The notes under the pieces were generated by a model. That model saw nothing but the letters and a program-made list of their open reading frames with translations. It did not search any database and had not been told where the DNA came from. This document shows, piece after piece, positions 1-9,001 of a stretch of 64,000 nt of DNA. The stretch is from an uncultured Erysipelotrichaceae bacterium (GTDB taxonomy: Bacteria; Bacillota_I; Bacilli_A; RF39; UBA660). The translations under genes were made by a program, and so were the position numbers. The stretch spans positions 68,075-132,074 of the forward strand of contig CACYWH010000002.1 in assembly GCA_902778125.1 (NCBI GenBank), read 5' to 3'. Positions within the stretch are counted from its first letter, which is position 1. Every line of letters starts with the position of its first letter.

Positions 1-449
<449 letters not shown>

Positions 450-625
450 TCACTCCTTTTTAAACTAAAAAAGAGGGTCAATAACCTATATAGGCATTGA
501 CTCCTCTTAATTTCTTATTAATAAAATTTTTAAAATAAATGTGTATTCGCTTATTCATCATGTACCTCCTTTTCATCGAAGATACTTTCTTCTTTATGAG
601 TCTTTATTATATACATTTATTTTGA

Positions 626-910
626 TTAGTCAATGCTTTTTAATTCAGTTTCTAAATCAATTAATCTAATTTTCTCATTATAGCCATTTTTAAAGACAAT
701 ATCAGAGTTTTCAAATATAAGATAATCATTTCCTTTAACTTTAAGTATATGAGGTCTTACATACCCTATATTTGTATCAGTTATAGATATTATACTTCCT
801 GGTATTAGTTCATATTTAACCGAGGCAAACTTACATATAAAGTCTATCTTTTGTTTTAATTCTTTACTTATAAGTAAAGGCTTAGTTATATTCTTGTACA
901 TAATAATCAC
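626..910 (-). CDS. Hypothetical 94-aa protein immediately upstream of the serine recombinase
   Basis: ORF track entry. It is preceded by a promoter/leader module homologous to the rrf2-isc promoter and has RBS AAAGGATGAG. It is followed by a hairpin plus T-run terminator at 471-505. Confidence 0.4.
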   Translation of the reverse strand: MIIMYKNITKPLLISKELKQKIDFICKFASVKYELIPGSIISITDTNIGYVRPHILKVKGNDYLIFENSDIVFKNGYNEKIRLIDLETELKSID

Positions 911-1100
911 TCATCCTTTCTTCAAAAGCACAAAAAAACTAACTATTTCTAGTTAGTAATCTATTACTCTCGAAACAAAAAGTTCGAGCTTCTTATCACA
1001 TTGGTACATTGAAAATCATGCAGTTTGACTAGGTGTCACATAAAAAGGGATCTGATTCCACACTCAATATAACACATTTTGATAAAAAGTCAAAATCAAT
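911..1100 (-). promoter_or_regulatory. Promoter-leader module copy A: -35 TTGACT, -10 TATATT, conserved 25-mer, internal terminator hairpin
   Basis: On the minus strand: TTGACT (plus 1088-1093), a 16-nt spacer, then TATATT (plus 1066-1071). Then a GGAATC..GATCCC hairpin, then the 25-mer CCTTTTTATGTGACACCTAGTCAAA (plus 1024-1048). Then the hairpin ACTAACTAGAAATAGTTAGT plus T7 (plus 933-957), just before the RBS of the 94-aa gene. Confidence 0.5.
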
Positions 1101-1795
1101 TAACATCCTTCAGTACTACAATAATCTACAAAAAAATCATTAAATATTTTTTCTTCGTCTTCAAGCATTTCTTCAGTTAATTCTTCTCTAGAATCTTTTT
1201 GTTTGTCTGAAATACCTTCTACCATGTTTTTAACAATACCCTTTTCTATATAGAAATAGTTAGGTGCGTAAATTCTTTTTTCACCAGTAGATATTTTTTC
1301 TTCTTTTTCGTTTGTTAAATTGTATTCACTTAACACTGAATCAAAAGATTCAAGTAACTTTTTATATGTATCTGTTCCTTCAATAGTTTTAACCACTTTT
1401 CCTTCTTGAAGTTCATACTTATCTCTAAGTATTTCGTTTCCTTCATCATCCCATATTTCAATATAGTATATTTTTTCTACGCCTTTTTTCTTGGCAATTT
1501 CAATTGACTTTTCAAGAACGCTTCTACACCATGGGCATAATGAATCCCCTACATATAAGTAAAACGTTTCTTTATTTTCAATCTTTTTTATTATTTCTTC
1601 TGGAGTTGTTTTTATATATGGATTATCTTCACTTATTGTAATAGTTCTATGTTCTTTTCCATTTTTATTTACTACTCCATTTAATGCTTCGTATTCTTCT
1701 TTAAACTCTAAAGCATATTTATTGTCTTTTTTGCATCCATATAATATTCCTATAAATAATATTAATAATATTCCTAATACAATTCTTTTATTCAT
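1100..1795 (-). CDS. Thioredoxin-fold lipoprotein (CPWC redox motif), last gene of the isc operon
   Basis: Signal peptide with lipobox LYGC. Has a CPWC active-site-like motif. Its start lies 2 nt after the iscU stop. Confidence 0.55.
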   Translation of the reverse strand: MNKRIVLGILLILFIGILYGCKKDNKYALEFKEEYEALNGVVNKNGKEHRTITISEDNPYIKTTPEEIIKKIENKETFYLYVGDSLCPWCRSVLEKSIEIAKKKGVEKIYYIEIWDDEGNEILRDKYELQEGKVVKTIEGTDTYKKLLESFDSVLSEYNLTNEKEEKISTGEKRIYAPNYFYIEKGIVKNMVEGISDKQKDSREELTEEMLEDEEKIFNDFFVDYCSTEGC

Positions 1796-1797
1796 TT

Positions 1798-2247
1798 CTA
1801 CTCCTTTATTTTATGTGGACAAGCATCATGATGTGGTTTAAGATTGCACTTTTTTACTATTTCTTCTTCAGTCATTTTTCCTTCTTTTCTGTAATAATCA
1901 GCAATTGCTTCATGAATTGCTTCTTCTGCTAAAAGTGAACAATGTATTTTAACAGGTGGTAGCCCATCTAATTTATCAACAACATCTCCATTTTTAAGTT
2001 CTAACGCTTTTTCTAATGTTAAGCCTTTAATTAATTCTGTAGATATACTACTAGTTGCAATAGCAGCTCCACACCCAAATGTTTTAAATTTAACATCTGT
2101 TATTATATTATCTTCTACTTTGATATAGATTTTCATTATATCTCCACACACAGGATTTCCAACTTTTCCTATACCTGAAGCATCCTCTATTTCCCCTACA
2201 TTTCTTGGATGTGTATAATGATCTATAACTTTTTCTGAATAATCCAT
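1798..2247 (-). CDS. iscU: Fe-S cluster scaffold protein IscU/NifU-like, with a Cys/His-rich C-terminal tail
   Basis: Conserved NPxCGD, GCG and HCS motifs of the U-type scaffold. Overlaps iscS by 1 nt. Extra C-terminal KKCNLKPHHDACPH. Confidence 0.85.
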   Translation of the reverse strand: MDYSEKVIDHYTHPRNVGEIEDASGIGKVGNPVCGDIMKIYIKVEDNIITDVKFKTFGCGAAIATSSISTELIKGLTLEKALELKNGDVVDKLDGLPPVKIHCSLLAEEAIHEAIADYYRKEGKMTEEEIVKKCNLKPHHDACPHKIKE

Positions 2248-3425
2248 TATTTTTCCTCCTCTAAAAATTCTTCATATAAAGGTGACATATTTCTAAGTCT
2301 TTCTACTATTTCAACTAAATTATCTATTAAATAGTCAACTTCTTCTTTTGTATTATATTTTCCTATTGATATTCTAAGTGATCCATGCGCTATTTCATGT
2401 GGTAATCCAATTGCTAAAAGCACATGAGATGGATCTAGTGAACCCGATGTACATGCACTACCACTAGATGCACATATTCCAATATTATCAAGATTTAATA
2501 AAAGTCCCTCACCTTCAATAAATCTAAATGATATATTTGCATTTCCAGGAAGTCTATTTTTTAGATCTCCATTCATTTTAATATAAGGAATCCTTTTCTC
2601 TACTTCTTTAAAATAATAATCTCTTAATTCTTTAATCTTTTTATTTTTTTCTTCAAGATTTTCATAAGCTATTTTTAATGCTTCACCAAGTCCTACTATA
2701 CTAGCAACATTTTCAGTACCAGCTCTTTTACTTTTTTCTTGGTGTCCACCTGCAATTAAAGGATTAAATTTAATTCCTTTTTTCATATAAAGTATTCCAA
2801 TTCCTTTAGGTCCATGAAATTTATGTGCTGAAGCTGAAAAACTATCAATATTCATTTTTTCTACATCTATTTTAATAGTTCCTACTGCTTGTACTGCATC
2901 AGTATGGAAGATTATTCCATGTTCATGAGCAATCTTACCTATTTCTTTAATTGGTTCAATAGTACCTATTTCATTATTAGCAAACATAACTGATATTAAT
3001 ATAGTATCTTCTCTAATAGAACTCTTTAATTCTTCTAAATCAACAATACCATTTTCATCAACATTTAAATATGTAATATCAAATCCATCTTTAGATAATT
3101 GTTTACAAGTTTCAAGTATTGCTGGATGCTCTATTTTAGATGTAATAATATGTTTACCTTTGTCTTTATTAGCATAAGCAATTCCTTTTAAAGCAGTATT
3201 ATCACTTTCGCTTCCCCCAGAAGTAAAATATATTTCATCTTTATTGCAATTAAATGTTTCGGCAATAAAATTTCTTACTTCTTCAATTGCTTTATGTGAT
3301 TCTTTTCCTAATTTATATATAGCAGATGCATTACCATAATTTTCTTTTAAATATGGAAGCATTTTTTCTAATACTTTATCATCTATTCTAGTAGTAGCTG
3401 CATTATCAAAATATATATTTTTCAT
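2247..3425 (-). CDS. iscS: Cysteine desulfurase (IscS/NifS class V aminotransferase)
   Basis: PLP-lysine region SASAHKFHGPKG and catalytic loop SSGSACTS. The start is more likely ATG 3425 (MKNIYFDNAATT) with RBS GGAGGA than the track start at 3455. Confidence 0.85.
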   Translation of the reverse strand: MKNIYFDNAATTRIDDKVLEKMLPYLKENYGNASAIYKLGKESHKAIEEVRNFIAETFNCNKDEIYFTSGGSESDNTALKGIAYANKDKGKHIITSKIEHPAILETCKQLSKDGFDITYLNVDENGIVDLEELKSSIREDTILISVMFANNEIGTIEPIKEIGKIAHEHGIIFHTDAVQAVGTIKIDVEKMNIDSFSASAHKFHGPKGIGILYMKKGIKFNPLIAGGHQEKSKRAGTENVASIVGLGEALKIAYENLEEKNKKIKELRDYYFKEVEKRIPYIKMNGDLKNRLPGNANISFRFIEGEGLLLNLDNIGICASSGSACTSGSLDPSHVLLAIGLPHEIAHGSLRISIGKYNTKEEVDYLIDNLVEIVERLRNMSPLYEEFLEEEK

Positions 3426-3500
3426 ATTTCCTCCATTACTAAATAATTTTATCATTTAATTCATACCATTTCAATAGGAATTAAAAGTATTAAAAAAGAA

Positions 3501-3896
3501 TTAGTTTATTAATTCCTCTAATGTATATGAATCAGCATATTCATTAATTACTTTATCAAGCCCTTCCCAAAAGAAATAAGTATTACATATACTTTTTCGT
3601 GGACAACTATTATCTTTTACACAATCAATAACATTTAAATCTCCTTCTGCTGCTCTTAATATTTCACCAACTTTATATTCGCTAGGTTTTCTAGATAGTT
3701 TATATCCACCAGTATGTCCTCTTAAAGTAGTTAAAAGATTAGCTTTTGTTAATTTAGATACTATTTGTTCAATATATTTATTTGAAATATCTTGTCTCTC
3801 TGAGATACTATGAATTGATACATAATCATCTTTACTATTCTTTGCTATATCAATCATTATTCTTAAAGCATATCTTCCCTTAGTAGATACTTTCAT
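3501..3896 (-). CDS. Rrf2-family transcriptional regulator (IscR/CymR-like)
   Basis: N-terminal wHTH MKVSTKGRYALRIM typical of Rrf2. The track ORF begins at an upstream GTG. ATG 3896 has RBS GAGGTGA. First gene of an rrf2-iscS-iscU operon. Confidence 0.8.
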   Translation of the reverse strand: MKVSTKGRYALRIMIDIAKNSKDDYVSIHSISERQDISNKYIEQIVSKLTKANLLTTLRGHTGGYKLSRKPSEYKVGEILRAAEGDLNVIDCVKDNSCPRKSICNTYFFWEGLDKVINEYADSYTLEELIN

Positions 3897-4080
3897 ACAA
3901 ATCACCTCAATTAACTAAATAGTATTATACCACAAAAAACTCCATAAAGGAGTTATTTATAAATTGGTATGCCAGGAAATGCCCTATTTGACTAGGTGTC
4001 ACATAAAAAGGAATTCGATTCCGTCATCATAATAGCACAAATTTCTAAAAAGTCAAAATCGTAATATCTTAATCTTCCAA
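3897..4080 (-). promoter_or_regulatory. Promoter-leader module copy B upstream of rrf2: extended -10 promoter, conserved 25-mer, internal terminator, proximal second promoter
   Basis: On the minus strand: TTGACT (plus 4051-4056), a 16-nt spacer, then TGCTATTAT (plus 4029-4037). Then a GGAATCGAATTCC hairpin, then the identical 25-mer (plus 3987-4011). Then the hairpin AACTCCTTTATGGAGTT plus T6 (plus 3934-3954), then TGTGGTATAAT (plus 3922-3934) before the rrf2 RBS. Confidence 0.5.
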
Positions 4081-4085
4081 TGCTT

Positions 4086-4721
4086 TTATTTCTTTTTAAT
4101 TGGGTGTCTTATTACGGTCTTTAATTTACTTACATCACATTTTCTAGGATCACTTAAATATATTTCATGGTGATATCTTTTATCAGCTATATCTAATTCA
4201 TATCCGTTTTCTTCCATATAATTATGCATTAGTTCTACTGTAGCAGGTTCATCATCATAAGATCCATTATGCATGCATTGAACACATAGTCCCTCATCAT
4301 AAGTTAAAAATTCAACTCTAGAGAAATCTTGTTTTTTCTTTTTAGTAGCTTCTTCAATAGCCCAATCAAAATCTGCTTTAGTTACAAAATCTGGAAGTCT
4401 AATAATTGAAATAAAATGCATAGCACCTTTATTATTATAATCAATGCTTCCTTTTAATCCATCTTGCCACCAAAATCCTTCAAGTGGTGGAACTACATAC
4501 TCAAAGAAACCATCTATTTTATGTGTTCCTTTATAACTCATTTTAATTGTATAAGCAACACCATATAATAAACCAATTGTATTTTGATAATCTCCATTTT
4601 CTTCATTAGGATTTCCTGTTCCTCTTATTGCTATATAATTCATTTTAGGTATCTCAACAATACTCGGTTTATTTTTAGGCATATAAAATTCTTTATATTC
4701 TTTCTTATAATCAAAAACCAT
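4086..4721 (-). CDS. GyrI-like small-molecule-binding domain protein
   Basis: 211-aa cytoplasmic protein whose sequence pattern is consistent with the GyrI-like/AraC effector-binding fold. Own extended -10 promoter TGATATAAT upstream. Confidence 0.5.
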   Translation of the reverse strand: MVFDYKKEYKEFYMPKNKPSIVEIPKMNYIAIRGTGNPNEENGDYQNTIGLLYGVAYTIKMSYKGTHKIDGFFEYVVPPLEGFWWQDGLKGSIDYNNKGAMHFISIIRLPDFVTKADFDWAIEEATKKKKQDFSRVEFLTYDEGLCVQCMHNGSYDDEPATVELMHNYMEENGYELDIADKRYHHEIYLSDPRKCDVSKLKTVIRHPIKKK

Positions 4722-4824
4722 ACTTCAACTCCAATCTTTCAATAAATATTATATCATGAAAAAGGAGAATTTTTTCATTCTCCTAATATCTTAATTTTCC
4801 GATAATTTGATAAATTGTAATTTA

Positions 4825-5301
4825 TTACTTCCAATAATTGTAATCTAAACTATCAATAAATTTTGGAATATTTATATCCTTATTTTTTGTATCAATTGCT
4901 CTATAAAAACTTGGCTGATTCATCAAATCTGTTCCTATATAATATTCCATAAGAAAGTTATTTTCCTTATCATCAATAAGTGTATATATTCTAGTGTCTT
5001 TATTATCTTTATCAATTATTGATGAACTATTTTCATTTTGAATTATATATCCAATGCATTTATCAATATCTTTTTCTTTTAATGATCCTTTTAGCGTTCC
5101 ATAAGGCATATAAGTTCTTCCATTATATTCAATAGTCAAATATCCTGCACCATCATCATTTTCATCAATATAATTACCTGTTTGAAATCCAATAGCATCT
5201 TTTTCCAAATCCGGATATTTAATACCACACCCCGTTAAACTTAAAACTAAAACTCCCATTAAAAAAATTCCTAATATTTTCTTTTTCATTATTTTCTCCA
5301 A
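4825..5301 (-). CDS. Lipoprotein, function unknown
   Basis: Signal peptide with lipobox LTGC. Extended -10 TGGTATAAT upstream. Hairpin AGGAGAAT..ATTCTCCT plus T-run terminator downstream at 4753-4785. Confidence 0.5.
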   Translation of the reverse strand: MEKIMKKKILGIFLMGVLVLSLTGCGIKYPDLEKDAIGFQTGNYIDENDDGAGYLTIEYNGRTYMPYGTLKGSLKEKDIDKCIGYIIQNENSSSIIDKDNKDTRIYTLIDDKENNFLMEYYIGTDLMNQPSFYRAIDTKNKDINIPKFIDSLDYNYWK

Positions 5302-5395
5302 TTCAAATTACTATTTATCTGTCTATTTAATTATACCATAAAATCTGGCATCTTTTTGATAATCGGAATACTCCTATATTTCGTACCAAGGCAAT

Positions 5396-5421
5396 AAAAA
5401 ACTCTGACGTGGTGTCAGAGT
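5396..5421 (-). terminator. Rho-independent terminator following the mtaB/tRNA-fragment unit
   Basis: Minus strand reads CTCTGACACCACGTCAGAG followed by TTTTTT. Confidence 0.7.
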
Positions 5422-5431
5422 AATTATCTAT

Positions 5432-5469
5432 TTGGTACCGTGTGCTCTAGCCAACTGAGCTATCTCGCC
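5432..5469 (-). pseudogene. tRNA 5' half (acceptor 5' strand, D-arm, anticodon stem 5' strand and CCA-anticodon-like loop); the 3' half is missing
   Basis: Minus strand GGCGAGA TA GCTC AGTTGGCTA GAGC A CACGG TACCAAA fits the tRNA cloverleaf up to position 38. No complementary anticodon-stem, T-arm or acceptor 3' strand follows. The sequence runs straight into the terminator instead. Confidence 0.4.
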
Positions 5470-5524
5470 ATTTCAAATCAAGTAAATTAATATTAACACA
5501 TTTACTTGATTTTTACAAGTATTT

Positions 5525-6790
5525 TTATTCTAAATCAAAATTTATATTACTTTTTTGTAATTTAATTTTATAAATTTCATTTATTTTATAATTCCCAGTT
5601 AGTTTTAATGGTATATAATTATCAGTAAATCCATAAAATACATTATCTTTTTCTTCTTCTATTAACACTTCTACTTCTTTATTAATAAACTTATTAAAAT
5701 AATCCTTTTCCAATTGATTAGAAAGTTCTATAAGTTTTCTTGCTCTTTCTTTTGAAATATTTCTTGGAACCTTATTATTCATTCTAGAAGCAACTGTACC
5801 ATTTCTATCTGAATATGGGAAAACGTGTATTTTAGCAAATCCAATTTTTTTACAATATTCATAAGTCTCATTAAAATCTTCCTCTGTTTCACCAGGAAAA
5901 CCAACTATTACATCAGTTGTTAGTGAAATATCATTTCTATAACTTCTTATTTCATTAACTTTATTTGTGAAATATTCTGTATCATATCTTCTATTCATAC
6001 TTTTTAGAATTTTATCACATCCAGATTGTAACGGAATATGTAAATGAGATACAAACTTATTATTATCTTTTATTATTTTCATCATACCTTCATCTAATTC
6101 TACTATTTCTACTGATGAAAGTCTTATTCTTTTTAACAATTCTATTTTTGATAATTCGTTTATAAGATCAGATAATCTTTTATTATTTGAATTATACATT
6201 CCAGTATGTATTCCAGAAAGAACAACTTCTTTATGTCCAGAAATTACTAAATCATTTACTTCCATAATACATTTATTAAATTCTTTACTTCTAACTCTTC
6301 CTCTTACATAAGGAATTATGCAATAACTACAAAAATTGTTACATCCATCTTCTATTTTTACAAATGCTCTATGATGAGTAATAAATTTCTTAATTTCCAT
6401 ATCTTCAAAATCTACTGTACTCATATCATAAAAATCTATTATTTTTTCATGATTTTTTTCATATTTATTTATATAATCAATTATTTTACTTTTATTTCTA
6501 TTTCCAATAATAATATCAGCATTTATTAAAGTATCTATATTATCTTTTCTAAACTGACAAAAACATCCACATGCCACTACAATAGCATTTGGATTATTTT
6601 TTTTAATATTATTTATTACTTGTTTACTTTTATTATCTGCTGTATTAGTAACAGTACATGAATTAATAATACAAATATCTGCATTTTCAGATACTTCTTG
6701 ATATCCTTCATTTAATAACACATTTCTTATAAATTCACTTTCATATGAATTTACTTTACAACCAAGTGTTTTTATATAAAATGTTTTCAT
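5525..6790 (-). CDS. mtaB: Radical-SAM methylthiotransferase, MtaB/RimO/MiaB family (likely MtaB by synteny with rsmE)
   Basis: MTTase N-terminal domain (CKVN...Y), radical SAM CNNFCSYC, TRAM-like C-terminus. The rsmE-mtaB adjacency matches B. subtilis yqeU-yqeV. Confidence 0.7.
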   Translation of the reverse strand: MKTFYIKTLGCKVNSYESEFIRNVLLNEGYQEVSENADICIINSCTVTNTADNKSKQVINNIKKNNPNAIVVACGCFCQFRKDNIDTLINADIIIGNRNKSKIIDYINKYEKNHEKIIDFYDMSTVDFEDMEIKKFITHHRAFVKIEDGCNNFCSYCIIPYVRGRVRSKEFNKCIMEVNDLVISGHKEVVLSGIHTGMYNSNNKRLSDLINELSKIELLKRIRLSSVEIVELDEGMMKIIKDNNKFVSHLHIPLQSGCDKILKSMNRRYDTEYFTNKVNEIRSYRNDISLTTDVIVGFPGETEEDFNETYEYCKKIGFAKIHVFPYSDRNGTVASRMNNKVPRNISKERARKLIELSNQLEKDYFNKFINKEVEVLIEEEKDNVFYGFTDNYIPLKLTGNYKINEIYKIKLQKSNINFDLE

Positions 6791-7434
6791 TCTAATTTTA
6801 ATCTAAACTCCTTAAGTATTTTTAAGAATTCTTCTTCTTTTATATAATTCTCACAAGGAGTTATCTCCTTTTCTTCTACCACTATTTTATTTACTTTAGG
6901 TGCAGATGAAGTTTTAGGCTCTTCCTCTTCATATGTTAATGTAATATTAGAAGCATTCTTAACTAATTGTTCATAGCTAATAATTGCTTTTCTTTCCTGT
7001 TCATCTTCATACTTTTGAATAATAGCTTGATTATCACTGACACCAAGTTCATCCATTCTTTCTTGTTTCTTTCTTTCGAGTTCATCTGATGATATTACAG
7101 CATTTTCTTCCTCACTTGCTTCATATTTTTCAATTATATCATCATATGTTTCTATTGTTGGAATATCTACTTTCTTAATAAAAGTTTCATTTTCTTTTAT
7201 AACATCATCAGCACTAGTCGCTCTTAAAGAATCTAGGGTATAATCATCCTTATCATTTCTTTCTAAAACTAAATGCTCATCTTTATTCATTAAATCTAAA
7301 TATTCTTTTCTAGTTTTAAATAATGCAACTACTAATAATAATATAATTACTAGCATAAATATTAGAAATAATAAAAATGCGTCTTCATTAACAAAAGCTT
7401 CCAAAAATCTAGTAAAATTTTCCATATTAATCAC
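6787..7434 (-). CDS. Membrane-anchored acidic protein, unknown function
   Basis: One TM helix near the N-terminus, then a Glu/Asp-rich region. Translationally coupled to both neighbours through 4-nt and 8-nt overlaps. Confidence 0.45.
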   Translation of the reverse strand: MINMENFTRFLEAFVNEDAFLLFLIFMLVIILLLVVALFKTRKEYLDLMNKDEHLVLERNDKDDYTLDSLRATSADDVIKENETFIKKVDIPTIETYDDIIEKYEASEEENAVISSDELERKKQERMDELGVSDNQAIIQKYEDEQERKAIISYEQLVKNASNITLTYEEEEPKTSSAPKVNKIVVEEKEITPCENYIKEEEFLKILKEFRLKLE

Positions 7435-8137
7435 TATCCCTTAAGTATTTGATAATAGATGCTATCATCAAAGGAACTGTTTCAGTTCTCAAGATATCTC
7501 TACCTAGTGATGTTCTTAAAAATCCTTTATCTGTAAGGTATTTTTCTTCTTCCTTTGATAATCCACCTTCTGGTCCAAATACTAATGATATTGTATCATT
7601 ACAATTGTCATGTGTTAATACACTTGATATTAATTTTACATTGCTTTTGTCAAGTGTACACATTATATTTACACTTTCGCTTGGTTCAATTTCTTTAACA
7701 TCTATTATTTTTTCGAGTAGTGGCTTATCAATTCTATACGATTGTTCTGAGGCTTCTTTTAGTATTTTATTCCATCTAATCAATTTCTTGTCAAAGTCTT
7801 TTTTGTTCAATTTATATTTACAATGACTATACATTACTACCACAAATTCAGTTACTCCAAGTTCAGTTCCATGTTGAAGTATAAAACTCATTTTTTCTTC
7901 ATTTAATAATGGCACATATATTTTAATGTTAGATGCCTTTTTGTTTTCTTTAAATACTTCTAATATATCAGCAGATAATAAATCTTTATTAAGAGAACAT
8001 ATATAACTTTTATCATCATATACTATTATAATTTTATCATTCTCATGCATTCTCATAACATTTTTAATATGATTTAAATCATTATTATTAAGATTTATTG
8101 TTTCTTTGTTTCTTGAAACACCAAAATATTGTTGCAT
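7427..8137 (-). CDS. rsmE: 16S rRNA (uracil1498-N3)-methyltransferase RsmE
   Basis: C-terminal SPOUT motifs GPEGGLSKEE and LGRDILRTETVPL. Confidence 0.8.
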   Translation of the reverse strand: MQQYFGVSRNKETINLNNNDLNHIKNVMRMHENDKIIIVYDDKSYICSLNKDLLSADILEVFKENKKASNIKIYVPLLNEEKMSFILQHGTELGVTEFVVVMYSHCKYKLNKKDFDKKLIRWNKILKEASEQSYRIDKPLLEKIIDVKEIEPSESVNIMCTLDKSNVKLISSVLTHDNCNDTISLVFGPEGGLSKEEEKYLTDKGFLRTSLGRDILRTETVPLMIASIIKYLRDSD

Positions 8138-8145
8138 AAACCCTC

Positions 8146-8406
8146 CTATTTTAGAGTAACTATAGTTTCTCCATCGTTAAATATATTAATTTTATATTCT
8201 AACACTCTTTTATCCTTTTTTAAATAATCATGTGTGGCCTTTTTTAGTATTCCTTCACCTTTTCCATGAACAATGACTACTACTTTACTTTCTATTCTAC
8301 ACGAATTATCAATAAAATTTTTAATCATTGCTTCTGCACCATATCTATCATATCCGTGAATATCTATAGTTGGTGCATTATATAAAAATGGATCAATTCT
8401 TTTCAT
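8146..8406 (-). CDS. Smr-domain protein
   Basis: 86 aa with the DIHGY...VVIVHGKGEGIL Smr signature. Confidence 0.55.
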   Translation of the reverse strand: MKRIDPFLYNAPTIDIHGYDRYGAEAMIKNFIDNSCRIESKVVVIVHGKGEGILKKATHDYLKKDKRVLEYKINIFNDGETIVTLK

Positions 8407-8453
8407 ATAAAAACCTCATTACATATTATACATATAATGAGGTTAAAATTCAA

Positions 8454-8987
8454 TTACTTACTTAAAACAGCAACTAAATCAGCTTTTTTCATTGAAGATG
8501 TTACTTCAATATTATTTTTAGCACATAAATCTTTTAATTCAGCAACTGTTAATTTAGAATAATCTACTTTTTCAGAAACAGTTTTAGCAACTTTTTCTTC
8601 TACAGCTTTACTTTCTTTAGCAGGTGCTTTACCTTCTAAAGCATCTTTAGAAAGTTTAACTAATTTAGTAAATTCTTCTGGAGCAAAAATAGCAAGTTCA
8701 CTTAACATTTTTCTATTAATTTCAACATTAGCTTTCTTAAGTCCATTAATAAACTTAGAATATACTATATCATTATTTCTACAAGCAGCATTGATTCTTG
8801 TAATCCATAATTTTCTAAAATCATTAGCTCTTTTCTTTCTATCATTGAAACTATATGCTCCACTATGGAATAATTGTTCTTGTGCTGTCTTATAAAGTCT
8901 ATGTTTACTTCCAAAATATCCTTTAGCTCTTTTTAATACTTTTCTTCTTCTATTTTTAGAAACAACTCCGCCTTTAACTCTTGTCAT
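8454..8987 (-). CDS. rplT: 50S ribosomal protein L20 with a ~60-aa C-terminal Rho-N/SAP-like extension
   Basis: N-terminal 118 aa ([33 protein letters not shown]...NRKMLSELA) is canonical L20. The extra C-terminus [32 protein letters not shown] resembles the Rho N-terminal/SAP helix-extension-helix. Confidence 0.85.
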   Translation of the reverse strand: MTRVKGGVVSKNRRRKVLKRAKGYFGSKHRLYKTAQEQLFHSGAYSFNDRKKRANDFRKLWITRINAACRNNDIVYSKFINGLKKANVEINRKMLSELAIFAPEEFTKLVKLSKDALEGKAPAKESKAVEEKVAKTVSEKVDYSKLTVAELKDLCAKNNIEVTSSMKKADLVAVLSK

Positions 8988-9001
8988 CTAAAACTACCCC
9001 C

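Noticed and set aside
471-505. Long imperfect palindrome AGAGGGTCAATAACCTATATAGGCATTGACTCCTCT considered as a recombinase binding/crossover site
   Set aside because: On the minus strand it is followed directly by a T-run and sits right after the stop of the 94-aa gene, which fits a rho-independent terminator. The serine recombinase RBS follows it, so a dual role cannot be excluded but is not required.
3455-3905. Longer N-termini proposed by the ORF track for iscS (MIKLFSNGGN...) and rrf2 (GTG-initiated MICMKV...)
   Set aside because: Internal ATGs at 3425 and 3896 have properly spaced GGAGGA and GAGGTGA ribosome-binding sites and give the conserved N-termini of the protein families. The upstream extensions lack an SD.
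5432-5513. Complete but unusual tRNA, for example with an intron, at the tRNA-like fragment
   Set aside because: No sequence complementary to the acceptor 5' strand (GGCGAGA) or to the anticodon-stem 5' strand follows within 200 nt. The fragment abuts a canonical terminator, and bacterial tRNA introns are group I and much longer.
7449-7826. 125-aa plus-strand ORF inside rsmE. Similar antisense ORFs include 9916-10116, 9962-10369, 11982-12257, 12426-12614, 12879-13094, 13472-13660, 13692-13925, 15446-15634, 16085-16279, 17291-17530, 19583-19765, 21072-21257, 22320-22676, 22771-22980, 24413-24637, 25223-25414, 33693-33971, 40194-40391, 41374-41577, 42160-42408, 47956-48168, 49476-49775, 50372-50638, 51095-51283, 51518-51823, 52913-53116, 53284-53529, 55199-55585, 57221-57463, 59926-60129, 62405-62626 and 63551-63826.
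   Set aside because: All lie antisense to, or frame-shifted within, long ORFs that have clear conserved-protein signatures. Their translations are low-complexity (Ser/Leu/Phe/Ile-rich), as expected for shadow ORFs in very AT-rich DNA. None has an RBS.
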